NCBI GenBank assembly: GCA_963743305.1
Contig: CAVUPH010000042.1
Coordinates: forward strand, 64,001 to 128,000
Length of the DNA stretch: 64,000 bases
Direction of reading: 5' to 3'
Source: an uncultured delta proteobacterium
GTDB taxonomy: Bacteria > Desulfobacterota > RBG-13-43-22
The translations under genes were made by a program, and so were the position numbers. Below the pieces are notes generated by a model. That model was not told the origin of the DNA. It did not search any database and saw only the letters and a program-made list of their open reading frames with translations. Positions 19,962 to 29,617 of the stretch are shown here, piece by piece; positions within the stretch are counted from its first letter, which is position 1, and every line of letters begins with the position of its first letter.

Positions 19962-22900
19962 ATGAAGAGCAAAAAAACAATCCCAACCGTGAAGCAGCCT
20001 CCCCTCGGCCCGGATTTGCGTCAGCGGGCCGAGGTCCTGATAGAGCAAAAGGGTGGGCTGTCGGCCGGCGAAGATTCCCCCGATTACCGCTTGACGCTTC
20101 AAGAGCTGCAGATTCACCAGGTTGAATTGGAACTGCAGAACCAGGAGCTCCATCAGGCCCATCTGGAAGCCGAACTGGCCCGCCGGAAATACTTCGAACT
20201 CTATGATCTGGCGCCGATCGGGTATGCCTCCTTTAATGAAAAAGGGGCAATCCTGGAGATCAACCTGGCCGGGGCCCAACTCCTGGATCAGGAGCGGAGG
20301 TTCCTGATCGACCGGCGATTTCAATTATTTCTAGCTCCGGAAGCGGTCCCGGCCTTTAACCGGTTCATTCAGGAGGTATTTTCATCCGGCCGGCGACAAA
20401 TCTGTGAAGTGGCCCTGGTCAAAAACGGGGGCCATCCGACCATGGTGCGCCTGGAAGGGGTCAGAATGGAGTCCGGGGAAGTGAATAAGCCTTTCTGCCA
20501 GGCCGCCTTTTTGGATATCACCGAGCAGAAAAAGGCGGAAAGGGCCTTGGTGGATACCGTTGAGCGCTACCAGTCCTTGGTCCAGGCCCTTCCCGGTGTC
20601 ATTTTTGAGACCGACGCCCTGGGGAATAACACCTTTATCAGCGACCGCTGGACTCAATGGACCGGTATGACCCGGGAGGAAACGGTCGGCCAAGGATGGC
20701 GAAAGGCCATTCCTGCCGAGGATGCAGAGGCGGAAGCAAATCGCTGGAGAGAATCGGTGCGCACCGGTCAGCCCCTGAGCTACCAGGCCCGTATTTGCAA
20801 CACGGACGGCCTATCCCGGTGGGTTTTGCTGCGGGCCATGCCGTCCCGAGACAGCGAAGGAAATATCACCCGTTGGACGGGGACCTTGACCGATATCAAC
20901 GACCTGATCGAGACCCAGGAGGCCCTGCAGGCCAAAGAGGCCGAACTTTCGCTGATCATGGATGCGGTCCCGGCCCTGATTGCCCATGTCGATGCCGATG
21001 GCCGCTATCTCCGGGTCAATCGAAACTACGCCCATTGGTTTGGTTCCACGGTCGAAGAAATTCAGGGAAAGCGGATGAGCGATGTTCTCGGGGAGGACCA
21101 ATGGAAACAAATCGAACCCTGGGTGCAAAAAGTCCTGTCCGGGGAAACGATCACCTACGAGCGCCAACTGCCGTTTCAGGGAGGTGCTCGCCGCTGGATC
21201 CGAGCCAGTTACACTCCCGACGTTAACGAAAGAGGCCGGATCAAGGGCTTTGTGGTCCACGTCATCGATATCGAGGATATCAAAAGGGGCGAGGAGGCAT
21301 TGGGAATATCCGAAGAAAATTATCGCCGCATCCTGGAGACGGCCAATGAAGGCATTGTCATCGGATCGTTGAGCGGAAGAATGGACTTCATTAACCAGAA
21401 ATGGGCGGACATGCTGGGTTATTCGAAAGAGGAACTGATCGGCCAAATCGGTCTGGATTTCATGGACGAAGACCAGAAAACTATGGCCTTGGATACGAGA
21501 GAAAAATTGTTAAACGGGGAACGGGTCACCCTGGAATACAAATTTCGGCGGAAGGATGGCTCCGAGTTATGGACGCTTTGCAGTGCATCCCTTTTTAAAG
21601 ACGCAGGAGGGGAACAATTCAGGGTACCTGGGCATGCATGTCGACATTACCGATCGAAAAAAAGCCGAGCAAACGCTTCGCGAAAGCCTGGAGCGACCTG
21701 AACCGGGCCCAGGCCGTAGCCCACACGGGGAGCTGGCGGCTGGACATTCAACACAATGAACTGCATTGGACCGAAGAAACTCACCGCATCTTTGGAATTC
21801 CCTCGGGGACAGGGCTGACCTATGAGGGTTTTTTGGGGACCATTCATCCGGATGATCGGTCCTATGTGGAGCGGAAGTGGATGGCGGCCCTCGACGGGAA
21901 ACCCTACGATATCGAACACCGGATTGTGGCCGACGGAAATATAAAATGGGTGCGCGAGCGGGCTGAACTGGAATTTGACGCGGAAGGAGGCCTTCGGGGA
22001 GGCTTCGGGACCGTCCAGGACATAACGGAGCGAAAAGAAACCGAGGAGAAGCTAAGGAAAAGTGAAACCCGTTTTCAGTTGCTCGCAGTAACGGCCGGGG
22101 CGCTCCTGGCTTCGCCATCACCTCAGCAGGAGGTGGAGGAACTCTGCACCCGGGTGATGGAATATCTGGATTGTCAGGTTTTCTTCAATTTTTTGGTCGA
22201 CGAACCTCGGGGGCGTCTCTCACCTGAATGCCTACGCCGGAATTCCTGAGGAAGAAGCTCGGAAGATCGAATGGCTCGATTACGGGGTGGCTGTTTGCGG
22301 CTGTGTGGCCCGGGACCGAGCAGCGGCTCATAGCCGAAAACATCTTCCAGCAGCCCGATATTCGAACGGACCTGGTCCGGAGCTTTGGCGTTCAGGCCTA
22401 CGCCTGCCACCCGATTATGGCCGGGGATCGTCTGCTGGGCACCCTGTCTTTCGGGACCAAGACCCGATCCTCTTTCTCACCCCGGGATCTGGAGCTGATG
22501 AAAACCGTAACCGATCAGGTTGCGACGGCCATGGAAAAAGTTCGACTGCTGGAGGAGATCCAGGCCGGCCGGGACGAAATGGAGCTGCGGGTCCAGGAAA
22601 GGACGGCTGAGTTGTTGGAAGCCAATCAACGCCTGGCGGAGCAATCCCGCATGCTGGAATCGTTTTTTAAGGACACCATTACCCCCCTGATTTTTTTGGA
22701 CCGGGATTTCAACTACATCCGGGTCAATGAGGCCTACGCCCGGACCTGCCAGCGGGCGGTAACCGATTTCCCCGGACACAACCATTTCGAGTTCTACCCC
22801 CACGAGGAAAATGAAGCTATTTTCCGAAAGGTGGTGGAAACGGGGATCCCTTATCAGGCCCTGGCCAAACCCTTTTCATTCCCGGATCATCCGGAGTGGG

Positions 22901-23724
22901 GAGTAACCTACTGGGATTGGATCCTAACCCCCTTGCCGGACGATCGGGGTGAAACGGCCTTCCTGGTTTTCTCCTTGGAGGAAGTCACCGATCGCCAGGT
23001 GGCCGAGGAGGCGTTGCGTCTGTCTGAACGGGAGCTTCGAACCCTGGCCGGTCAGCTTTTATCTGTGCAAGAAAATGAACGCAAGAAGATTGCCCGGGAT
23101 ATGCATGACGGTTTAGGGGCTTCCCTGAGCGCCATCAAATACAAAATGGAGGATCTGATTCATAAGTTACCTGATCAGGATCTGCGGCAAATTGGAGAAA
23201 CCATGAACTCTCTGATTCCAATCATTCAGGGGATCATCGGGGAATCCAGGAGGATGCAGAATGATTTACGGCCTCCTCTTCTGGATGATCTGGGGATTCT
23301 CCCCACCCTAACCTGGTATTCTCGGGAATTTCAAAAGATATATACCGATATAGCGATAGAACAGCGGTTGGAAGTCCGGGAGGAGGACGTGCCGAATACG
23401 CTGAGGGTCGTTATTTTTCGGATAACCCAGGAGGCCCTGAATAATATCGGGAAGCACTCCCAAGCCACTCATATCCGGATTTCCCTGACCCGGGAGCGGA
23501 ACCAACTGAGGCTGGCAGTAGAAGACGACGGGATCGGATTTGATTTTCAGCGAAGCACTATATTGGACTCCCATCCAATGGGGATGGGTCTTTCCAGTAT
23601 GAAGGAGCGGGCGGAACTATCCGGAGGATCTTTTTCCGTTAAATCGCACCCGGGACAAGGTGCGGTGATCGAAGTCTCCTGGCCGTTGATCAGTGGGCAG
23701 GGGACGGCGGAAAAGGCTGAATAA
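19962..23724 (+). CDS. Multi-PAS/GAF sensor histidine kinase (HisKA_3), split by several frameshifts (~21610, ~21690, ~22225-22260)
   Basis: ELQIHQVELELQNQEL N-terminal coil, successive PAS domains, GAF, ERKKIARDMHDG, QEALNNIGKHS, DDGIGF, GMGLSSMKER. Confidence 0.85.
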
Positions 23725-23855
23725 TACGTTTTTGGTTGTATTTTTCAACCTTTTGGTTAGAATCTCCACCAATTGGTTTTTGATAATTTTAACCGGTGTA
23801 ATCCGTGACCCCGAAATTTTTAGCCCGAGGTATTCCATACTGCCTGGAGGGGAAT

Positions 23856-24518
23856 ATGTCCACCGATGATAAAAAGGGTATTCTTATCGTTGAAGACCAC
23901 ACCATCCTTCGTGAAGGGTTGCGACTCCTACTTTCCTCCCATCCGGACCTGAATATTCTCGGTGAGGCCAGGGACGGCCGCGAAGCGATTTGGCTTGCGG
24001 AGAAGTTTTCCCCGGCCCTGATTCTTATGGACTTGTCCATGCCGCGCATGGGCGGGGTAGAGGCCACCCGGGAAATTAAGAAGCGGTGGCCGGAGATAAA
24101 GATCATCGCCCTGACGGTCAATGATTCAGAGGAAGCGGTGCTGGCCGCTCTCAAGAATGGGGCCGACGGGTATATCTTGAAGGATGCCACCCGGGCCGAA
24201 TTGATCCAGGCCATCGATAGCGTCCTGGCCGGGAAACGGGTGCTCAGTCCAACTATATCGGATAAGGTGATTGAGGGATATCTGGCGGGGAAAAAAGAAC
24301 AGCCTCTTCAGACCCGTTGGGAAATCTTGACCAACCGGGAAAAGGAGATCTTGAAATTGATCGGCGAGGGGCATACCAGCAAGCAAATGGCCGATGACCT
24401 CTGCATCAGCCTCAACACGGTGGAGAAGCATCGGTCGAACCTGATGGAAAAACTGGATTTGCACTCCATTGCCGCTTTGACCTCCTATGCCCAGGAAAAA
24501 GGGCTGCTCGTCAAATAA
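23856..24518 (+). CDS. NarL/LuxR-family DNA-binding response regulator
   Basis: VEDH, LMDLSMP, GYILKD, LTNREKEIL...TVEKHRSNLMEKL. Confidence 0.94.
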   Translation: MSTDDKKGILIVEDHTILREGLRLLLSSHPDLNILGEARDGREAIWLAEKFSPALILMDLSMPRMGGVEATREIKKRWPEIKIIALTVNDSEEAVLAALKNGADGYILKDATRAELIQAIDSVLAGKRVLSPTISDKVIEGYLAGKKEQPLQTRWEILTNREKEILKLIGEGHTSKQMADDLCISLNTVEKHRSNLMEKLDLHSIAALTSYAQEKGLLVK

Positions 24519-24671
24519 GACAACCTCGCAAAAAGTCCAAAAACCTGTCATTGCGACCCCGGACTGATCCGGGGAAGCAATCCCCGCCATGGCAACTAAC
24601 TGATTCTTGGGGATTGCTTCGTCGCTTCCCTCCTCGCAATGACAGCACTGGCGACTTTTTGCGAAACCATC
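24519..24671. mobile_element. MITE family A copy 1
   Basis: TIRs GACAACCTCGCAAAAAGTC / GACTTTTTGCGAAACCATC, internal GTCATTGCG..GAAGCAATC/GATTGCTTC..CGCAATGAC palindrome, AAATAA duplicated on both flanks. Confidence 0.8.
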
Positions 24672-24901
24672 AAATAAGATCGAATTCCAAAAACCGTCAT
24701 CGGTCGCAGGGATGTTCGTCCTGTCTATCTACCTTATAGTACAATATTTTATCGTTACTTCCCTGCCGGGAATGACCGCCGGGGAGACTTTCCATCGAAT
24801 CCTGCCCGCTAACCGCCTTGGATTTTTTTTTCTACCCGACCGACCGGTCTCAAAGGCCCAGCCGGGCCTCTTTCCAAAAATACTGTTTAATTCAAAGAAA
24901 A

Positions 24902-24919
24902 ATTACGGTTTGCCGTAAT
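24902..24919. promoter_or_regulatory. 7-4-7 palindromic regulator site upstream of hsp20
   Basis: ATTACGG-TTTG-CCGTAAT, about 30 bp upstream of a TAGAAT -10-like box. Confidence 0.55.
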
Positions 24920-25040
24920 GGTTTAAAAAAAATCGGTGCTTAGAATTATAGTTATAATAACGCCCGGGAGAATTTGGAAGGATGTTTTCTGAAGGACCCT
25001 GCCGAGCGAACAAAATGTCCCTAAAAAAGGAGGAACTGTT

Positions 25041-25490
25041 ATGAACATGCCCTTGATTAAAAGAGAGAGAAGGCCATGGTGGGTTTCGCCATGGGGAGAC
25101 GAAGCCCTGGGAGACGTTTGGTCGGACCGCCTCTTTCCGATATGGCCCAGGATGAAGGGAGAAGAATGGGTCCCCACCTTTAACTTCTTTGAAAAAGATG
25201 GGAACTATCAATTAGAGGCCGAAATTCCGGGAGTCAAGAAAGAAGATATCTCCGTGACGATCGACAGAAACGTCCTGACCGTCAGCGGGAAAAAGGAATC
25301 CACGACCGAGGAGAAAGAGGCCAATTATTATTTGAAGGAATCATCCTACGGTTCTTTTTCCAGGAGCATCCGATTGCCCGGTGAAGTCGAAGAAGGGAAA
25401 GTGCAGGCCAATTTTCAAAACGGGGTCTTAAAAATGACCCTGCCCCAGAAAAAGGCGATCGAATCGAAACAAATCAAAATCGAGGGTTAG
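25041..25490 (+). CDS. Hsp20/alpha-crystallin small heat shock protein
   Basis: EIPGVKKEDI, YGSFSRSIRLP, ANFQNGVLKMTLP, C-terminal IKI. Confidence 0.95.
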   Translation: MNMPLIKRERRPWWVSPWGDEALGDVWSDRLFPIWPRMKGEEWVPTFNFFEKDGNYQLEAEIPGVKKEDISVTIDRNVLTVSGKKESTTEEKEANYYLKESSYGSFSRSIRLPGEVEEGKVQANFQNGVLKMTLPQKKAIESKQIKIEG

Positions 25491-25493
25491 CTT

Positions 25494-25682
25494 TTGGGAA
25501 ACCTGCAGATCGTCTCTCAACGCAGCGAGTCCTTTCTCAGTAGGGTGGAGGCCGGACGTCTGCTGGCGCGGGAACTCGATTCCCTGCGGGGCCGGAACGC
25601 CGTCGTTCTGGGTATCCCCCGCGGGGGGATTATTGCCGCGGGGGAACTGGCGATAGCGCTGGACGGCGATCTGGAGGAATAG
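25494..25682 (+). pseudogene. N-terminal fragment of a phosphoribosyltransferase
   Basis: FLSRVEAGRLLA...VVLGIPRGG motif, stops after 62 aa. Confidence 0.7.
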
Positions 25683-25689
25683 CCGAACC

Positions 25690-25887
25690 TCAAAGCTCCT
25701 CCTCCCAATGGATACAAGAGACGGGGCAGGCCACCATGGCCTCTTCGACACAGCCTTTCGCCCCGCCGCCCTCGGGGGAAATGACCTCCGCCTTCCTTTT
25801 CATTTCGTCCATCCGGAAGATCTCCGGGCATAATTCGGCGCAGGTCTCACAGCCGATGCACACGGCTTCGTCGATAAAGACCTTCAC
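25690..25887 (-). CDS. Monocluster ferredoxin
   Basis: CIGCETCAELCP ... ACPVSCI. Confidence 0.92.
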   Translation of the reverse strand: MKVFIDEAVCIGCETCAELCPEIFRMDEMKRKAEVISPEGGGAKGCVEEAMVACPVSCIHWEEEL

Positions 25888-26062
25888 GGGTCACCTCGCC
25901 CGGAAGGACATTGTTGCCCGGCCCAGGGGTCTTCCCGGCGGCTGGGCCCGACCTGACCTTTTCAGGCCATCCCTGGTGATCACTCCAAAGGGTAAGATCG
26001 GACTTGCCCCCAGGGAACCGTTGACATTCCCGGCAGACCAGGAGGCGCTGCTCGCAGCCATT

Positions 26063-26407
26063 TTATTTTGAGGCGGCGGGGGAATATACTTGCAGGCCCT
26101 TGGCATCCTTGATGGCCTTAAAACGGACATAATGCTCATGAATTCGATGCCTGAGGCTTTTCAGCCGCTTCGAATAAGCCTCGGATGAACCCCGGGGCTC
26201 ACTGATGGAAAATACAAAATTCGACAGGTCGTCCATGACATGTTCAATCGCGACCGCCCATTCACCGGTGACTTGAGAAGACATCTGCTCGGCCTCGGTC
26301 AGTTTTTCATCGAGCATCCGGATGGAATTTTCGAGACCGTCCATAAAATTTCCCCAGGCATCATTGACGCAACAAACCAGATCGTTACATTCCATCATTT
26401 GAGTCAT
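26063..26407 (-). CDS. Hypothetical helical protein
   Basis: 114-aa ORF with AGGAGG RBS and N-terminal Cys (CNDLVCC). Confidence 0.65.
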   Translation of the reverse strand: MTQMMECNDLVCCVNDAWGNFMDGLENSIRMLDEKLTEAEQMSSQVTGEWAVAIEHVMDDLSNFVFSISEPRGSSEAYSKRLKSLRHRIHEHYVRFKAIKDAKGLQVYSPAASK

Positions 26408-26456
26408 GAGCTTCCTCCTTGCTCTTTAGGTTAAAATAAATAAAAGGATTATTCTT

Positions 26457-26610
26457 GACGACCTCGCAAAAAGTCCAAAAACCTGTCATTGAGACCCCGG
26501 ACTTGATCCGGGGAAGCAATCCCCACCATGGTAACTAGCTGATTCTTGGGGATTGCTTCGTCGCTTCACTCCTCGCAATGACAGCGCTGGGGACTTTTTG
26601 CGAAACCATC
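26457..26610. mobile_element. MITE family A copy 2
   Basis: Near-identical to 24519-24671; ATTCTT duplicated on both flanks. Confidence 0.8.
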
Positions 26611-26654
26611 ATTCTTTAGCTTTAAGCAATGGATAACGAATTCGAAGCGGTATT

Positions 26655-26846
26655 TCAAATTTCCTTCAACAGCAGCAACAGATTGTCCTTTAAGAGATAC
26701 CTTTCCGGCACGGCGCTGAAATTGCTTTGGTATTCGCTTCGTCTCGGGCCGGGATTCGGCGCCATTTCCGTTATTCCTTCTCCTTCCAAAAAATTCAAGG
26801 TCTGGTCATACAACTTTTCTACGTCGCGAACGGCATCCGGTCTCAT
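26655..26846 (-). CDS. Small hypothetical protein
   Basis: 63-aa ORF with GGAGGAG RBS. Confidence 0.5.
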   Translation of the reverse strand: MRPDAVRDVEKLYDQTLNFLEGEGITEMAPNPGPRRSEYQSNFSAVPERYLLKDNLLLLLKEI

Positions 26847-26877
26847 GGATACTCCTCCTCTCTATATTCTTTGTGGA

Positions 26878-27093
26878 TCAATCCGGGATTTTTTTGTAGC
26901 CGGTCCAGCGTTGAAAGCGGCCGATCTCCTTCCCCAATTCCTCGGTCAGGGGAGACCCGTGCGACCGGGCCAGGGTCTTATACAGTTCGATGGCCGGTCC
27001 GGCCAGCAGATCCTGGGCCCGGAGAATAAAGACGGGTTCCCGCTCCCCGATTTTAGGGATATCAATTGGGCCGTACTTGCCAGAGATCGCCAT
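26878..27093 (-). CDS. Small hypothetical protein (EPVFILRAQD motif)
   Basis: 71-aa ORF with AGGAGG RBS. Confidence 0.65.
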   Translation of the reverse strand: MAISGKYGPIDIPKIGEREPVFILRAQDLLAGPAIELYKTLARSHGSPLTEELGKEIGRFQRWTGYKKIPD

Positions 27094-27337
27094 GGAAATC
27101 CTCCTTGTTCAATTGTTCAACCGGCAGAGCGGGTCCGGATTTAACGGAAGGCGGCTGGTCCTTTAAGATGGCCTTTTGGTGCGGCTCCGAGAGGATCAGA
27201 TCAAAAGCTTCTGTTTTAAGAAGATTGATAGCCGTCTCCAGGGGAACCGAGCTCCGGATGGTGGACCCCGGACGGTAGACCAAATAGGTTACCTCGTATT
27301 CGGGATCGATATGCAGGATTTTAATCGTACGTGACAT
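27062..27337 (-). CDS. Small protein resembling a truncated receiver domain
   Basis: KILHID...AINLLKTEAFDLILSE; AGGAGG RBS. Confidence 0.6.
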   Translation of the reverse strand: MSRTIKILHIDPEYEVTYLVYRPGSTIRSSVPLETAINLLKTEAFDLILSEPHQKAILKDQPPSVKSGPALPVEQLNKEDFHGDLWQVRPN

Positions 27338-27475
27338 GATTCGGCCTCCTTTAGCTAAAAGAATACCGAAGCCAGGGCTTGAAGGGAATAGGGGGAAACC
27401 GTAGTTTCTTAAAAAAAAAGACAGTATTTTTATGGCCGGGAGACCATTATTCGAGGTCGGGGGTCTGAGGACCGG

Positions 27476-28918
27476 TTAGCCGGCGCTCACGTTTCGGGAA
27501 AGATCGATAATCTCGAGTCGGTTGTTGGCCTCGGGGTATTTGGAGGAGGGACCTTCGGTCAGCAAGGCCAATCGGCCTTCGATCCCCTGGGACTTAAGCC
27601 AGGAAGATACATAATGGTTCCAGTTTTCCGGGTGCTTGGCTTCCAGCAGCGGGTAGACCCCGGAAGAAAACTGCAACTGCTGACAGGTGGTTTCCTGGGA
27701 GGAAACGGCAATGATCCAGACCGGCGGGCGAAAGCGGGCGATACTTCTGGCCGTGTCTCCGCTGTGGGTGGGGACAAAGACGGCCGCCGGGTCCGCATAC
27801 TGGAGAACGGCCTCTACCCCCAGTTCGATCAGTTTGGCCGGAGGCATCCGGCCCGGAAGGTCGGCGCCCCGGAAGATTTTTTTTACCTTGAGAGGCACTC
27901 GGTAGGGCTCGATAGCCGCGGTGATCTTCGCCAGCATGGCCACCGCCTCCACCGGGAAACCGCCCAGGGCCGACTCACCGGAAAGCATGACGCCGTCCGT
28001 TCCGTCCAGAACGGCGTTGGCCACGTCGGTCGCCTCGGCCCGGGTGGGGCGGGGGTTGGTGGTCATGGACTCCAGCATCTGGGTGGCCGTGATCACCGGC
28101 CTGGCCTCCAGAAGGGCCTGGCGCATGACCTCTTTCTGGACCACGGCGATCTGCTCGATGGGCAGTTCCACGCCGAGGTCTCCCCGGGCGATCATCAGAC
28201 CGTCGGCCGTGGCGATGATCCCCTCCAGATGCTGGAGGGCCCTCGCCCGCTCGATCTTGGCGATGATAAAAGGGCGGTAGCCGAGGGCCTCCGCCGACCG
28301 GCGCACCGCCTCGATATCCGCCGCCCTTTCCACGAAGGACTGGCTCACCGCATCGACCCCGTTTTCCAAAGCGAATTTCAGGCAGGCCTGATCGTGCGGC
28401 GTAAAGGCGCTGATGCCCAGATCGATGCCCGGAAGGTTGAGCCCCTTGTGGGAACGCAGCTCTCCGCCCACGATGACCCGGCAGCGGACGTCGTTGCCCT
28501 GAATCCGATCCACCTCGAGTTGAATCAAACCATCGTTCAAATACAGGGTGTTACCCGGTTTCACCGCCTGAGGCAGGCGCGAAAAAGTGACCGAAACCCG
28601 GTGGAGGTCTCCGATCACTTCATCCGTGGTCAGGGTGAAGAAGGCCCCCGGCTCCAGGTTTATCGGTTCCCGATCGAAAACCCCGATGCGCATCTTGGGC
28701 CCGGGAAGGTCGGCCAGGATAGCCAGACGGGTTCCGACGGTCAGGGCCGCGGCCCGGAGGTTCTCAATCACCTCCCGGTGTTCGGAAAAATCGCCGTGGG
28801 AGAAATTGATCCGGGCGATGTTCATGCCGGCCCGTAACATCTTTTCCAGCACTTCCCGGGAGCGGGAAGCCGGGCCGATGGTACAGACGATCTTGGTTTT
28901 GTTCGGGGGCAAGGCCAT
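27476..28918 (-). CDS. pyk: Pyruvate kinase
   Basis: KTKIVCTIGPAS, RINFSHG, IIAKIE, MIARGDLGVE, ATQMLESM, VMLSGESA. Confidence 0.97.
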   Translation of the reverse strand: MALPPNKTKIVCTIGPASRSREVLEKMLRAGMNIARINFSHGDFSEHREVIENLRAAALTVGTRLAILADLPGPKMRIGVFDREPINLEPGAFFTLTTDEVIGDLHRVSVTFSRLPQAVKPGNTLYLNDGLIQLEVDRIQGNDVRCRVIVGGELRSHKGLNLPGIDLGISAFTPHDQACLKFALENGVDAVSQSFVERAADIEAVRRSAEALGYRPFIIAKIERARALQHLEGIIATADGLMIARGDLGVELPIEQIAVVQKEVMRQALLEARPVITATQMLESMTTNPRPTRAEATDVANAVLDGTDGVMLSGESALGGFPVEAVAMLAKITAAIEPYRVPLKVKKIFRGADLPGRMPPAKLIELGVEAVLQYADPAAVFVPTHSGDTARSIARFRPPVWIIAVSSQETTCQQLQFSSGVYPLLEAKHPENWNHYVSSWLKSQGIEGRLALLTEGPSSKYPEANNRLEIIDLSRNVSAG

Positions 28919-28930
28919 CGCGGGGCTCCC

Positions 28931-29617
28931 TTAGACGCTTTCCATCTTCGGCGGCTGATCTTTCCGGTGCCATTCCAGGGGGTTGATAAAAGTAAACCCC
29001 TGGGCCTCCAGTTTTTTCTTGAGCTGGAGCACGTTGTGGGTGAAGAGATAGGGGAAAAAGGCCCGTTTCCCTTCCTCCCAGTGCCGGGAGACCAGGACGC
29101 TTCCGAAGCGTATCTTTTCTTCGGTGATGGCATCGACAATCCGTTTCATCTGCCCCTGTTGATCGTCCGCCAAGATGCCCAGGAGCATCCCCGGTTCGTC
29201 GATGCCCAGGACCTCGGTAAAGGCCCGCAGCAGGTCCCGGAGGGAGATAATGCCGGCGACTTTCCCATCCCGATCCACTACCGGCAAAGCCCCTACGTGA
29301 ATTTTCCGCATCAGCAGCAAGGCATCCTGCAGGGTATTGGCCGGGGAGACGGTCACCGGATCGGCGGTCATGATATCCTTGATTTTCAGTTCGTCGCTGC
29401 GCTCTTTCTGGCGAAGGGTTTCCTCTACCGAAAAAAGATCCGAGGGCCAGGCGCTGCGCACATCGCGGTCGGTGACGATTCCGATCAGGGTGCGATCGGC
29501 CGAGACCACCGGCAGGGAATGAACCCGGTAGCGACGCATCATCTCTTTGGCCTCCCCTATCCCGGCCTCCGGATCAATGGTGATCACTTTCCTGATCATG
29601 GCTTGGTCGATAAACAT
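28931..29617 (-). CDS. CBS-pair + ACT-like domain protein (AcuB-like)
   Basis: Two CBS repeats (LPVV..LIGIVTDRD; LPVVD..VAGIISLRD) plus about 70-aa C-terminal domain. Confidence 0.8.
   Translation of the reverse strand: MFIDQAMIRKVITIDPEAGIGEAKEMMRRYRVHSLPVVSADRTLIGIVTDRDVRSAWPSDLFSVEETLRQKERSDELKIKDIMTADPVTVSPANTLQDALLLMRKIHVGALPVVDRDGKVAGIISLRDLLRAFTEVLGIDEPGMLLGILADDQQGQMKRIVDAITEEKIRFGSVLVSRHWEEGKRAFFPYLFTHNVLQLKKKLEAQGFTFINPLEWHRKDQPPKMESV

Noticed and set aside
27614-28837. Long antisense ORFs (also 4911-5888, 18789-19802, 862-1656 and others)
   Set aside because: Shadow frames of GC-rich coding genes with no motifs or RBS
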